Origin: Paraeggerthella hominis
GTDB taxonomy: Bacteria > Actinomycetota > Coriobacteriia > Coriobacteriales > Eggerthellaceae
Assembly (NCBI RefSeq): GCF_021044775.1
Contig: NZ_JAJNOQ010000014.1
Coordinates: 13,673 to 45,672, forward strand
DNA: 32,000 nucleotides
Direction of reading: 5' to 3'
Shown here: in pieces, positions 16,518-24,470 of the stretch
Position numbering within the stretch: the first letter of the stretch is position 1
How the letters are laid out: every line of letters starts with the position of its first letter
The notes under the pieces: model-generated
Told to the model about the DNA's origin: nothing
Seen by the model: only the letters and a program-made list of their open reading frames with translations
Database searches by the model: none
Made by a program: the position numbers and the translations under genes

Positions 16518-19049
16518 CTACTCATCCAGGGAACTAGCTTGCAAACTCGCACGCCGCTTGCGCTTGCGACCTACGACCTCGTCAGGCTTGGTGGTCCAGC
16601 CGTTATACAGGAGACCTATGTCGAAGTCGTCTTTCATGGGAACGCGAGAAGAACCGGCGATGAGCAAGCCTTCGCCCGCTTTGACGGATTCGTCGATATA
16701 GGCTTCCTCGGTCGGGCTCAAGTCGAGCAGATCGACCCATGCAGCACGGTCTGTCGGCGATTGCTTGAAGATTGCGATGAAGTCTGAATTCTGAAGCATG
16801 CCTGAACCCGTTGGATGCTTGAACATCTTCTCGGCATTTTGCGTGATGCCCGTGCAGACAAGATTGAACTTTCGGCCTTCAGCCCAGAAGCGGGAGAAGT
16901 AGCTCATGATGGCCGGATGGTCGAACAGGCTTTGGACCTCGTCGATGTAGAGCCAGGTTCGAACGTTACGCTCGAAGTTGTAGTACATACGGTTGCGCAC
17001 TGCTTCCAATGCAGCCAGCATGCCGAATACGCGCATGTTCGAGCTCAAGTCCCTGAACTCGATATTGGTGATGCGGTTGTTGAACGTCACGTTGGACTGG
17101 TTGTTGAAGAAACTCAAAGCACCGTTGACGTATCGCTCGTAGCGCAAGGCGATATCGCGTGCCTCAGGTTCAGGCTGCTCCTTCATGATCTCGTAGAAGT
17201 CGCCCAGCTTAGGCATGCGTCCTTGCCCGATGGCCTGCTCGTAGGCTATTTCAACGCAGCGGGCGATAAGCGACTTATCCGACTCGGGCAAGCCTTGATT
17301 GCCTTCCGACATCGTCGCCGCCGACAGCGCCAAAATGGCTTCGATTTTGAACGCCATCTGGCTGGTATCGGAGAGATCCTCGACGTCGGACAGGTCGAAC
17401 ACGTTCATGAACGTATCGGTATCCGGCGAGAAGCGCATGTTCACGCCTCCGAACATGTCGAGCAGGCTCGAGTACTCGCCCGCCGGGTCGAAGATGATGA
17501 TCTCGTCGTTGGGGTACAGCAGGATGGTGTTGGTGATCTCTCGCTTCACGAAGAACGACTTGCCGGAACCGGGCTTGCCGCACACGAACCCCATCGGGCT
17601 CGCGTACATGCCGCGATCCACCAAGATGAGGTTGTTCGAGAGCTTCGATTGGCCCATATAGCCGCCGTGCGGATGGCTGATCTCCTGCGTGGCAAATGGC
17701 ATCTGAATCGCCACCTGCGCGGTTGTCACCATGCGCGACAGATCCACGTGGTTGTGCGCCAGAGGCAGGATGGAGTTCAAGCCCTGACGCTGGCGGTAGG
17801 CCAAGGTGTCGAGCTCGATGGAATTGCGCCTTGCCGTGCTCATGATCTGCAGCACCTGCTCGTCAAGCTCTTCCAAAGTCGGCGCGTAGGTGTAGACGAG
17901 GCCGGTGAACACGAAAAGGCGCTGGTTCTTGTTCTGCAAATGGAACAGCAGGTCCTCTGCCTCCTCCTTGGAGTACTTGAGCTCGCTTGGCAGGATCTGG
18001 AAGTCGTAGCCCTTCTTAACGGCGGACATCTGCTCATCGATGATCTCCTTGTCCATCCATGCCAGGCGCTGCTTCACGAGCGCGACGGCCTTGGACTTGT
18101 CCATCGCCTGGATGTGCAGGGTGACGTTCAGTGGCAGGGGCAAATCGATGATGTCGGCCAATGCCCTATCGGAAAGCTCGCTTCCGAAGGTCCTGAAACC
18201 CAGCACCTGCCCGTACATGCCGTCGACCTCGAAGCAGTCGTTGCGTCCTGCTGGCTTGAAGTCGATGGCGCTCGGCGCGATGACGTCTTTGGTGCGCAGG
18301 CAGCTTTTGGCCGACAGTTCGTCGAACACGGGGCCGGCCAGCTTATGCCCTGGGCGCAGCTGCGAGTGCAAGACCCGCAGGCGCTCTTCGCCTTCGACCA
18401 CCTCTGAATCGCTCCTCAAACGCGCGAGGGTCTGCATGCTGTCGTTGCGCATGCGCGCGAGCTTCGGCACGGCGGCGTCGACGTTCTTGGCACCCACCGC
18501 GAAGGTGAGGTAGCGCTCACGGGTAAGGTTGCTCACGCCCTCGCGCATCTTCTTGTTCAGGATGCGGTTGTACTCGTCGACATAGGGCCTGTGCTTGGGG
18601 TCGTGGCATTCGAAGAACACCTTGTTGCCAATCTCGTCGGCGGGAATCGGCGTGTTGATTACCGAAAGCTGTACGCTTGCCTCGGCTCCGAAATAATCGA
18701 ACAATTGGCAATACGTGGAGAAGATCGCCTGCTGGTTCTCCTCGCGTGCGGATTGGTAGGAAATGTCAGAGAACTTGATGGTCTGGGAGAACAACCCCTC
18801 CTCCACCTGGGCGATGCCGTCTTCATACATGGCGTCGTAGCCGATGAAGTTGTAGACGTCCTTGGCCGCAAAGCGGGCACGCCGTTGCGTGGTCGTCTGG
18901 GCAGATAGCTCCTTTTCCTGAGCACGCAGGCGCTTGTTGATGCTCGACCTTCCGCGCGCCTTCGCATCGCTGCGGGCGCGCTTCAACTCGCGCTTTTCCT
19001 CTTTTCTCCTACGCTTGTTCTCGCGTTTAGCCTTCAAGTTGGCAAACAT
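16518..19049 (-). CDS. virB4: VirB4-family T4SS ATPase (TcpF/Orf16-like)
   Basis: Walker A GKPGSGKSF; Walker B-like WLYIDEVQ. Basic N-terminal tail, then YEDGIAQVEEGLFSQTIKFSDISYQ, which is typical of Gram-positive VirB4 proteins. Confidence 0.9.
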   Translation of the reverse strand: MFANLKAKRENKRRRKEEKRELKRARSDAKARGRSSINKRLRAQEKELSAQTTTQRRARFAAKDVYNFIGYDAMYEDGIAQVEEGLFSQTIKFSDISYQSAREENQQAIFSTYCQLFDYFGAEASVQLSVINTPIPADEIGNKVFFECHDPKHRPYVDEYNRILNKKMREGVSNLTRERYLTFAVGAKNVDAAVPKLARMRNDSMQTLARLRSDSEVVEGEERLRVLHSQLRPGHKLAGPVFDELSAKSCLRTKDVIAPSAIDFKPAGRNDCFEVDGMYGQVLGFRTFGSELSDRALADIIDLPLPLNVTLHIQAMDKSKAVALVKQRLAWMDKEIIDEQMSAVKKGYDFQILPSELKYSKEEAEDLLFHLQNKNQRLFVFTGLVYTYAPTLEELDEQVLQIMSTARRNSIELDTLAYRQRQGLNSILPLAHNHVDLSRMVTTAQVAIQMPFATQEISHPHGGYMGQSKLSNNLILVDRGMYASPMGFVCGKPGSGKSFFVKREITNTILLYPNDEIIIFDPAGEYSSLLDMFGGVNMRFSPDTDTFMNVFDLSDVEDLSDTSQMAFKIEAILALSAATMSEGNQGLPESDKSLIARCVEIAYEQAIGQGRMPKLGDFYEIMKEQPEPEARDIALRYERYVNGALSFFNNQSNVTFNNRITNIEFRDLSSNMRVFGMLAALEAVRNRMYYNFERNVRTWLYIDEVQSLFDHPAIMSYFSRFWAEGRKFNLVCTGITQNAEKMFKHPTGSGMLQNSDFIAIFKQSPTDRAAWVDLLDLSPTEEAYIDESVKAGEGLLIAGSSRVPMKDDFDIGLLYNGWTTKPDEVVGRKRKRRASLQASSLDE

Positions 19050-19443
19050 AGAGCTCAGCCCCCTTTCGCTTCACACGGCGACGTGATTTGCGATCCGCCT
19101 TCTGGGCGATGGACGGGGCCGGTTTCGGCTCGATGAGGCTTACGCTGGATGCGTAGAGGATCCTGTCGTTGTTGAAGGTATGTTGGAACCATAGCGGCAT
19201 GAATTGTTCGAGCTTCATGCCTGACGGCCTCCAGAATCCTGCGGCCCAAAACGGCATGGAGCAGGCCATGACGGGCAAGGTGGCATTCGATACCTCGATC
19301 CCCAATACGAAATACGTGAACGCCGCCGCGCCCACGGCGGCAAGCAAGCCGCCCGTCACGCAGAGCAGCGTGCGCAAGGAGAGCTTGCCGACGATCTTCT
19401 CGGTGTACTCCCCGATATCTTTATGGATTGCAACGCTTAGCAA
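19027..19443 (-). CDS. PrgI-family (VirB3-like) small membrane protein
   Basis: VAIHKDIGEYTEKIVGKLSLRTLLC followed by two TM segments resembles PrgI proteins. TTG start with a GGGGAGGG RBS. It overlaps the virB4 start. Confidence 0.7.
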   Translation of the reverse strand: MLSVAIHKDIGEYTEKIVGKLSLRTLLCVTGGLLAAVGAAAFTYFVLGIEVSNATLPVMACSMPFWAAGFWRPSGMKLEQFMPLWFQHTFNNDRILYASSVSLIEPKPAPSIAQKADRKSRRRVKRKGAELYVCQLEG

Positions 19444-19458
19444 AAGATGCCCTCCCCT

Positions 19459-19674
19459 CTAGGCTGGAAGCCAGGACGTGTCCAACATGCCAAAATACAC
19501 CGCAGCGGCGATGATGATCGCGCCGCCCGCGATGGTAGAAATGGCGCTTGCAATCTGGCTGCCGCCTTGCTGCTCGCGGATTGCCAAGCCGAGCGAGACG
19601 GCGCCCCAGACGACCAAGAAGCCGCCCAGAAACGTTACACAGCCCGAAACCAGGCTGATGATGTTCGCTAACAT
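19459..19674 (-). CDS. Maff2-family small membrane protein (possible pilin-like/VirB2-position component)
   Basis: ATG at 19674, preceded by AGGAG. The track start at 19689 is a TTG. Two hydrophobic helices flank a GGSQ loop. Confidence 0.7.
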   Translation of the reverse strand: MLANIISLVSGCVTFLGGFLVVWGAVSLGLAIREQQGGSQIASAISTIAGGAIIIAAAVYFGMLDTSWLPA

Positions 19675-19695
19675 AAAACTCCTATTCAAATAGAG

Positions 19696-19726
19696 AGGGC
19701 CCGCCGCAACATCGCGGCGAAGCCCT
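19696..19726 (-). terminator. GC hairpin between the coupling-protein gene and maff2 (possible attenuator or partial terminator)
   Basis: AGGGC..CGCCGC / GCGGCG..GCCCT with an internal loop. On the minus strand it is followed by CTCTATTTG. Confidence 0.3.
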
Positions 19727-19746
19727 GGTTGGTTGGTTGGTTGGTT
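19727..19746. repeat. Tetranucleotide microsatellite (GGTT)5
   Basis: Exact GGTTGGTTGGTTGGTTGGTT in the intergenic leader upstream of maff2. Confidence 0.9.
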
Positions 19747-19778
19747 ATTCGATTGTCGGTATATGGCTAAAGGAAAGC

Positions 19779-21641
19779 CTAGCTCCCCGCACGCTTGTCC
19801 GCCAGGTAGCCCTCCACGTCGAACGGCTCGCTGCGGCCCTCGCCGCTCGGCGCGTACGGGTTGTAGATGAGCTTGGCATTCTCATGCGTGGAGACGTCGA
19901 ACTTCTCATCGAGCAGCGGATAGGCTCCTGCCAACATGACGATTGCCTTGTCGCGGTCGAGCCTTCCCACTTCTGATGCCTGCATAAGATCGCGTTCGAT
20001 GAGGTTGTAGTTCTTCGTTGACGAGCGGTTGGCCCCTCGACTCTCGTTGAACGTCGTCACGCTCACGGTCTCCTTGCCGATCATCTCCGATATCTGCTTG
20101 TTGGTGTCGGTGGATTTGCCGCCTAGGAACAGCGTCGTGTCGCAGTTGTCGATGATGGTCTGCGCCTTGTCCTTGTATTGGTCTTTCAGCTGGCCCATCG
20201 ATTGCAAGATGATCGACATTGAGATGTTTCGGCTTCGCACCACCGAGATCATGGTCTCGATATCGGGGATGCGCCCGATGTTGGCGAACTCGTCGAACAT
20301 GAAATGCACGGGCGTCGGCAGCTCGCCGCCGTACTTCTTCAGCGCCCGCAGGCACAAAACGTCGAGCGTCTGCCACATCATGATGGCGAACAGGAAGTTC
20401 AGGTTCTTGCGCGTATCGGACGGCACGGCGAAGATCACGGAGCGCTGGTTGGGGTCGCCCATGGTCTCGATGTGCATCTCGTCGTATTCGAGCAGGCGGC
20501 GCACCTCGGGCACCGTCATGGGCTGGACGCGCACGTTGCAGCTGATGATGATTGATTTCAAGGTTTTCGAAGCGGCAACCTTGAAGGCGTTGTAGGAACG
20601 CAGGGCGAAGTCGTCTTCAGGGGATATAGGTTCCTCGACCTGCACCCAGCGATACCCGCCCGATGCATCGGCGGCAAAGTCGCGCAGCTCCGCGTTGAAG
20701 GGCGTCTGCACCGAGACGGGATCAGCTACATAGCGCTTTCCCGTTTCGAGCTCGTAGAACAGCATGTCGAGCGGGCTCAGGTAAGATTCGTCATCCTCGC
20801 GCGCCTCGGCCAGGCCCAAAAGCGTGATCAAACCCGACAAGGACTGATCGCGCTTAGGGCAGTGATACTTCAAGTAGGCGAACAGCGCCGTGTACAGCAG
20901 GCGCTCGGCATCGTCCCAAAACGGGTCGCCCGTGGTGTTCTCCTCGCCTTTCGTGTTGGCGATAAGGCACTCCACTAAAACCAGGATATCGGTTTCGGTC
21001 TCTACGTTCACCATGGGGTTGAAGTGCATGGATGCATCCATGTCCACTAAGTTGAACACGCGCATATCCCATTTCTGCTCAACGTACATGCCGCCGGTTT
21101 GCGACAGCAGCGTGCCCTTGGGGTCAGTCAGGAACAGCGAGCAGTTCATCTGAAGCATATTGGGAAGCACGTAGCTGCTCGTCTTTCCCGAGCCGCTGCC
21201 GCCGATGACAAGCACGCTGCGGTTGAGCTTGCGGTTGTAGCGATTCTTGGAAAGCGACAGCCCGTAGTTCTCCGTGAAGATGATGTTGTCGCTTTCATCC
21301 TTATCGTTCATGAAGCGCTTGCCCTCAACGCGCGTGCCCCAACGCGACGAGCCGTGCTCCTCGCCGTGGCGGAAGTTGCCTTGGCGCATGAGCGAATATG
21401 CCCACACCATCCAAACGGCGCAGGCGGCTACGAAACCAGCCGCCAAGCCCGCAGGCTCTGCGCACTTAGCGATGCTTCCATCTGTCAAAAACTGCGGCAC
21501 ACGTGCGAGCGCATCATTCAAATGCCCGAGCAAAGGCTGCGGAAAGCCCATCAGACAGCTCGCGTACACGTCTGCTGCCGCAAAGGCCAAAAGCGAGAGA
21601 ACGGTCGCAGCTATCAACCCGGCCTTTCCCACCTTCATCAT
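19779..21641 (-). CDS. virD4: VirD4/TraG-family type IV coupling protein
   Basis: N-terminal TM segments; Walker A GGSGSGKT; FMFDEFANIG (Walker B region). Confidence 0.9.
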   Translation of the reverse strand: MMKVGKAGLIAATVLSLLAFAAADVYASCLMGFPQPLLGHLNDALARVPQFLTDGSIAKCAEPAGLAAGFVAACAVWMVWAYSLMRQGNFRHGEEHGSSRWGTRVEGKRFMNDKDESDNIIFTENYGLSLSKNRYNRKLNRSVLVIGGSGSGKTSSYVLPNMLQMNCSLFLTDPKGTLLSQTGGMYVEQKWDMRVFNLVDMDASMHFNPMVNVETETDILVLVECLIANTKGEENTTGDPFWDDAERLLYTALFAYLKYHCPKRDQSLSGLITLLGLAEAREDDESYLSPLDMLFYELETGKRYVADPVSVQTPFNAELRDFAADASGGYRWVQVEEPISPEDDFALRSYNAFKVAASKTLKSIIISCNVRVQPMTVPEVRRLLEYDEMHIETMGDPNQRSVIFAVPSDTRKNLNFLFAIMMWQTLDVLCLRALKKYGGELPTPVHFMFDEFANIGRIPDIETMISVVRSRNISMSIILQSMGQLKDQYKDKAQTIIDNCDTTLFLGGKSTDTNKQISEMIGKETVSVTTFNESRGANRSSTKNYNLIERDLMQASEVGRLDRDKAIVMLAGAYPLLDEKFDVSTHENAKLIYNPYAPSGEGRSEPFDVEGYLADKRAGS

Positions 21642-22186
21642 TTGGACTTCACTTCGAAGGCGGCTAATTCCTTGACGCGCTGGCGAAAGCCTCCTCGCGA
21701 TTGCTCGTGTGCGGCAGACGCCTTGCGCGCTTCCTGGCTTCGCTCGTCGAGCGGCTGCTCGTCGCGGCTCTTCTGCTTCTCGCGAAACTCGCTTCGGGCA
21801 ACCTTTGCCCTGTCGAGCGCACCCTTCGCGCCTTCGATCATGTCGGCGAATACCTTGTCCACCTTAGGCGTGTCGTCGATCTTGAATACCAACAGTTCCT
21901 TGTCTCCCTGCGTGGAGAACTCATGGGCCACGCCTGCCTTGTCAAGCTGGTCGTCGATGATTTCCTTGATGGTCTGGTAGTCTTCGATTTCCTTGAACTC
22001 CGCCATGTCGAGGCGCGCCCATTTCGTCTCGTCATCGCCTAAGCCCGCATCGCCGCGCGCTTTGCGCAAAGCGGATACCAGCTTGTTGCTGGCATCCTCC
22101 ATTGCCTGCGCACCGGCGCGCTCGCCAACGTCGAGCATCCAATCGAACAGCTTTTCGCCGGATTCGTCTCCAAAGTCGCTCGCCAT
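21638..22186 (-). CDS. PcfB/DUF3801-like protein
   Basis: Its position directly upstream of the coupling protein matches pCF10 pcfB-pcfC. ...ELLVFKIDD...VFADMIE resembles the DUF3801 core. Overlapping stop/start (ATGATGA). Confidence 0.5.
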   Translation of the reverse strand: MASDFGDESGEKLFDWMLDVGERAGAQAMEDASNKLVSALRKARGDAGLGDDETKWARLDMAEFKEIEDYQTIKEIIDDQLDKAGVAHEFSTQGDKELLVFKIDDTPKVDKVFADMIEGAKGALDRAKVARSEFREKQKSRDEQPLDERSQEARKASAAHEQSRGGFRQRVKELAAFEVKSK

Positions 22187-22188
22187 GA

Positions 22189-22584
22189 TCAGTTCTCCCC
22201 GAAGTCAATGAAGCCGTAGCTGTAGCGAGGCGCAGCTTTGCGCTTCTTGGACAAGTTCCCAGGCATCAGCATGCGGTCGAGGTAGTCTGCAAGATCTCGC
22301 TCGCTTTCTTCCTCGCATGCCTCGTCCACATCTGAAAAGATATTGTCATGGACAAGCAGCTCACCCTCCTCCTCGCGCTTCAGGAAAGCCTCGAATACCG
22401 CCTGTTTGCTTTCCGCTTTAAGGTCGTCCCAGAAAGGGCCCATGGCCTCGGTCAGCATGATGTCGAACTTCACATCGCTCGGCAATTTCAGAAACGCCTG
22501 CTTTATCTTGTTGCAGTAGCGGATTTCCGTTTGATGGAAAAACTGGTCGTCTATATACTCGATTCCAATATAGGGATTTGCCAT
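22189..22584 (-). CDS. Acidic hypothetical protein
   Basis: AAAGGAG RBS, ATG at 22584. The track ORF extends upstream without support. Confidence 0.6.
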   Translation of the reverse strand: MANPYIGIEYIDDQFFHQTEIRYCNKIKQAFLKLPSDVKFDIMLTEAMGPFWDDLKAESKQAVFEAFLKREEEGELLVHDNIFSDVDEACEEESERDLADYLDRMLMPGNLSKKRKAAPRYSYGFIDFGEN

Positions 22585-22619
22585 AACAACCAACTCCTTT
22601 CGTAATTTTTCATTCCTAG

Positions 22620-22636
22620 TGGGACACCGTGTCCCA
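22620..22636. promoter_or_regulatory. Palindromic operator-like site, copy 4 (TGGGACA-CCG-TGTCCCA)
   Basis: It sits in the 56-nt gap between the DnaC-like stop (22641) and the 22584 start. The flanks extend the arms to GTGGGACAC/GTGTCCCAC. Confidence 0.55.
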
Positions 22637-22640
22637 CCGC

Positions 22641-23471
22641 TTATTCGATGCAGCCCGTATCGGCGAGAATCCTTTGCATCGTCGCCAGATTCGCAGCTGC
22701 CTTTTGCCTGCGGTAGTTCTTGCCGTTCATGCACACCGGCGCGCAGCGTTCTAGGATGCGGTCGTAGATGCGCCGCTTCTCGATTGCCGCTGCCTCGTTC
22801 TTCATAGCCTTCAAGGGGATGTTCGTGGTCACGATGAGCGGACGCCCCGTGCGGTATCGACCGTCTATCACGCTGAACACCTGCTCGAATCCGTAGTCGC
22901 TCGTGCGCTCGACGCCCAAGTCATCGATGACAAGAAGCTCGAAACTGTCGAGCTTGGAAAGGTATGCTCCTCTGCCGGAAATCCGTGCATCGGCCAAGTC
23001 ATTGAGCACGCGCGGGATATTGGTCACAAGGACGCTCACGCCACGGTCGACAAGCTCGTTTGCGATGCATCCTGCAAAGAAGCTCTTGCCCGTACCCACG
23101 GGACCATAGATGAGCATCCCGAATCCTTGGGCATACATCTGCTCCCAAGCCTCGATGTAGGCACGTGCCTTGGGCATCTGCGGGTTGGTGCCGTCGTCGT
23201 TGGCAAACGTGCAGCCAGCCAACAGCTCGTCTTGCAGCCCTGCTTTTCTTAAGCTAGCAACCTTTGCGACTTTAAGTCGTGCTTGGCGCTCGGCCTCCTC
23301 GGCCTCAAGCGCACTTCTCTCGCAGTCGCACAGACAGCTCATCGTCGAGGCCTGCCCGTAGAGCTCCAAGCGCACCTGCTTTCTCTTGTGGCATACGCCG
23401 CAGGTAAGCAGCCCGGTTTCCGGGTCTGCGTAATCGCCGGGCTTAGAGGTTTTGACGGCAGTATCAATCAC
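22641..23471 (-). CDS. DnaC/IstB-like AAA+ helicase-loader ATPase with an N-terminal Cys cluster
   Basis: Walker A GPVGTGKSF; Walker B LLVIDDLG; RPLIVTTN. GTG at 23471 follows GGGGAG and overlaps the upstream stop (GTGA). An alternative ATG lies at 23492. Confidence 0.8.
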   Translation of the reverse strand: MIDTAVKTSKPGDYADPETGLLTCGVCHKRKQVRLELYGQASTMSCLCDCERSALEAEEAERQARLKVAKVASLRKAGLQDELLAGCTFANDDGTNPQMPKARAYIEAWEQMYAQGFGMLIYGPVGTGKSFFAGCIANELVDRGVSVLVTNIPRVLNDLADARISGRGAYLSKLDSFELLVIDDLGVERTSDYGFEQVFSVIDGRYRTGRPLIVTTNIPLKAMKNEAAAIEKRRIYDRILERCAPVCMNGKNYRRQKAAANLATMQRILADTGCIE

Positions 23472-24157
23472 AGGCACTCCCCATCGTCGCATCGGTAGTC
23501 GAGCTTCGTCGGCGACGCCGCTCTCTCGGCATCGCGCGCTGCCCAAGAGCGGATGGTTGCCGCATGGCTCTTGTAGCTTCTACCGCTCGATTCCATGTAC
23601 TCGCCCAAGCGCTCGATGCGGGCATCGAGGTCTTCCGGGAACTCGTCGCCCAGGCTCTCCAACTCCGAATCGCTCAGCCGGACGTTGCCGTAGCGCCCAA
23701 GCGCCTTCTTCTCTTCGTTCTTCTTTAGATTCGTATTTGATTCTTTAGTACTTGTTCCCTTAGTACTTCTTTGCGTTGGATTTTCCTGCGTAGGGAAAAC
23801 CTGCGTAGGATTTTCCAATATAGGTTCAGCCTGTGTTGGATTTTCCAATATAGGTAAATCCAATCTAGGGCTCTCGTAGATCACGTATTCCGTATCGCGC
23901 AAGCGCCCGCCCGCATCGCGTCGCCGCGCACGCACCATGTAACCGTATTCCTCCAGCTCGTTTAAAGCAGTGCGTATGGAATCGATGCCGTCAGGATGCA
24001 GGGCGGCCATGCCCTTGATGGTGTAGTCCCAGTCGTCAGGCAAAGAAAGCATGAAGGACATGAGTCCCTTCGCCTTCAAGGTTAGCCGCTTGTCGCGCAG
24101 GTGACAATTGGACATGACGGTGTAATCACGAGTCTTCTCGACGCGAAAGACCGTCAT
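23468..24157 (-). CDS. Replisome-organizer / DnaD-like replication initiation protein (winged-helix N-terminus, ENPTQ repeat linker, DnaD-like C-terminus)
   Basis: GGAGG RBS, ATG at 24157. FRVEKTRDYTVMSN.HLRDKRLTLKAKGL...LPDDW.Y; ILENPTQ x3; the C-terminal ...SYKSHAATIRSWAARD is typical of phage/ICE organizer proteins. Confidence 0.75.
   Translation of the reverse strand: MTVFRVEKTRDYTVMSNCHLRDKRLTLKAKGLMSFMLSLPDDWDYTIKGMAALHPDGIDSIRTALNELEEYGYMVRARRRDAGGRLRDTEYVIYESPRLDLPILENPTQAEPILENPTQVFPTQENPTQRSTKGTSTKESNTNLKKNEEKKALGRYGNVRLSDSELESLGDEFPEDLDARIERLGEYMESSGRSYKSHAATIRSWAARDAERAASPTKLDYRCDDGECL
23775..23855. repeat. Iteron-like direct repeats inside the organizer gene
   Basis: GGATTTTCCAATATAGGT at 23808-23825 and 23838-23855 (30-bp period). 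Related GTTGGATTTTCC at 23775-23786 and 23835-23846. The patch is locally AT-rich. Confidence 0.7.
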
Positions 24158-24158
24158 G

Positions 24159-24275
24159 CTATCCACCTCCCAGCCCAGAGTATCGGCCGGGATCCGTGCT
24201 TCGGGGCGCGAGTGCGCACGCAAGCGCAAGAGCCGCGCAGCATCCGCCAAGCCCCATGAAGATGTACCCGATCAT
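24159..24275 (-). CDS. Candidate 38-aa hydrophobic small protein MIGYIFMGLGGCCAALALACALAPRSTDPGRYSGLGGG
   Basis: AGGAGG lies 7 nt upstream of the ATG at 24275. The TAG falls 2 nt before the organizer ATG. By hand count its GC3 is higher than that of the competing frame. It is too short for the ORF track. Confidence 0.3.
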   Translation of the reverse strand: MIGYIFMGLGGCCAALALACALAPRSTDPGRYSGLGGG

Positions 24276-24440
24276 CTTGAACACCTCCTAATCTTTTCAT
24301 AACTACGCATGCGCGCACGGGCAGATCCAGGGCAGGCTCCGCCCCATGCGCGTCGATGCGTATAGTTTCGTTGGTTAGTTGAATGCGGTTGTCAAGGTGC
24401 GCGCCGTTTGAGGCGCGGGAGTTTTTCCTCCCTACCCTTA

Positions 24441-24468
24441 AAGGCACGCAATCCTCTTTTTGGATACC
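24441..24468 (-). promoter_or_regulatory. Bipartite GGTATCC-N15-TGCCTT motif, copy 2 (head of the replication/T4SS operon)
   Basis: Plus strand AAGGCA at 24441-24446 and GGATACC at 24462-24468. It is oriented with minus-strand transcription, just downstream of the last recombinase stop. Confidence 0.5.
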
Positions 24469-24470
24469 TC

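Noticed and set aside
1700-22636. The TGGGACA-N3-TGTCCCA palindromes interpreted as intrinsic terminators.
   Set aside because: The loop would be only 1-5 nt and no T tract follows any copy. One copy is inside a coding sequence and one lies between a promoter and its gene. A protein-binding site is more consistent.
23760-23860. Short regularly spaced repeats considered as a mini CRISPR array.
   Set aside because: There are only two or three units, they lie inside an intact ORF and encode a repeated ENPTQ peptide, and the spacing (30 bp total period) is incompatible with a repeat-spacer architecture.
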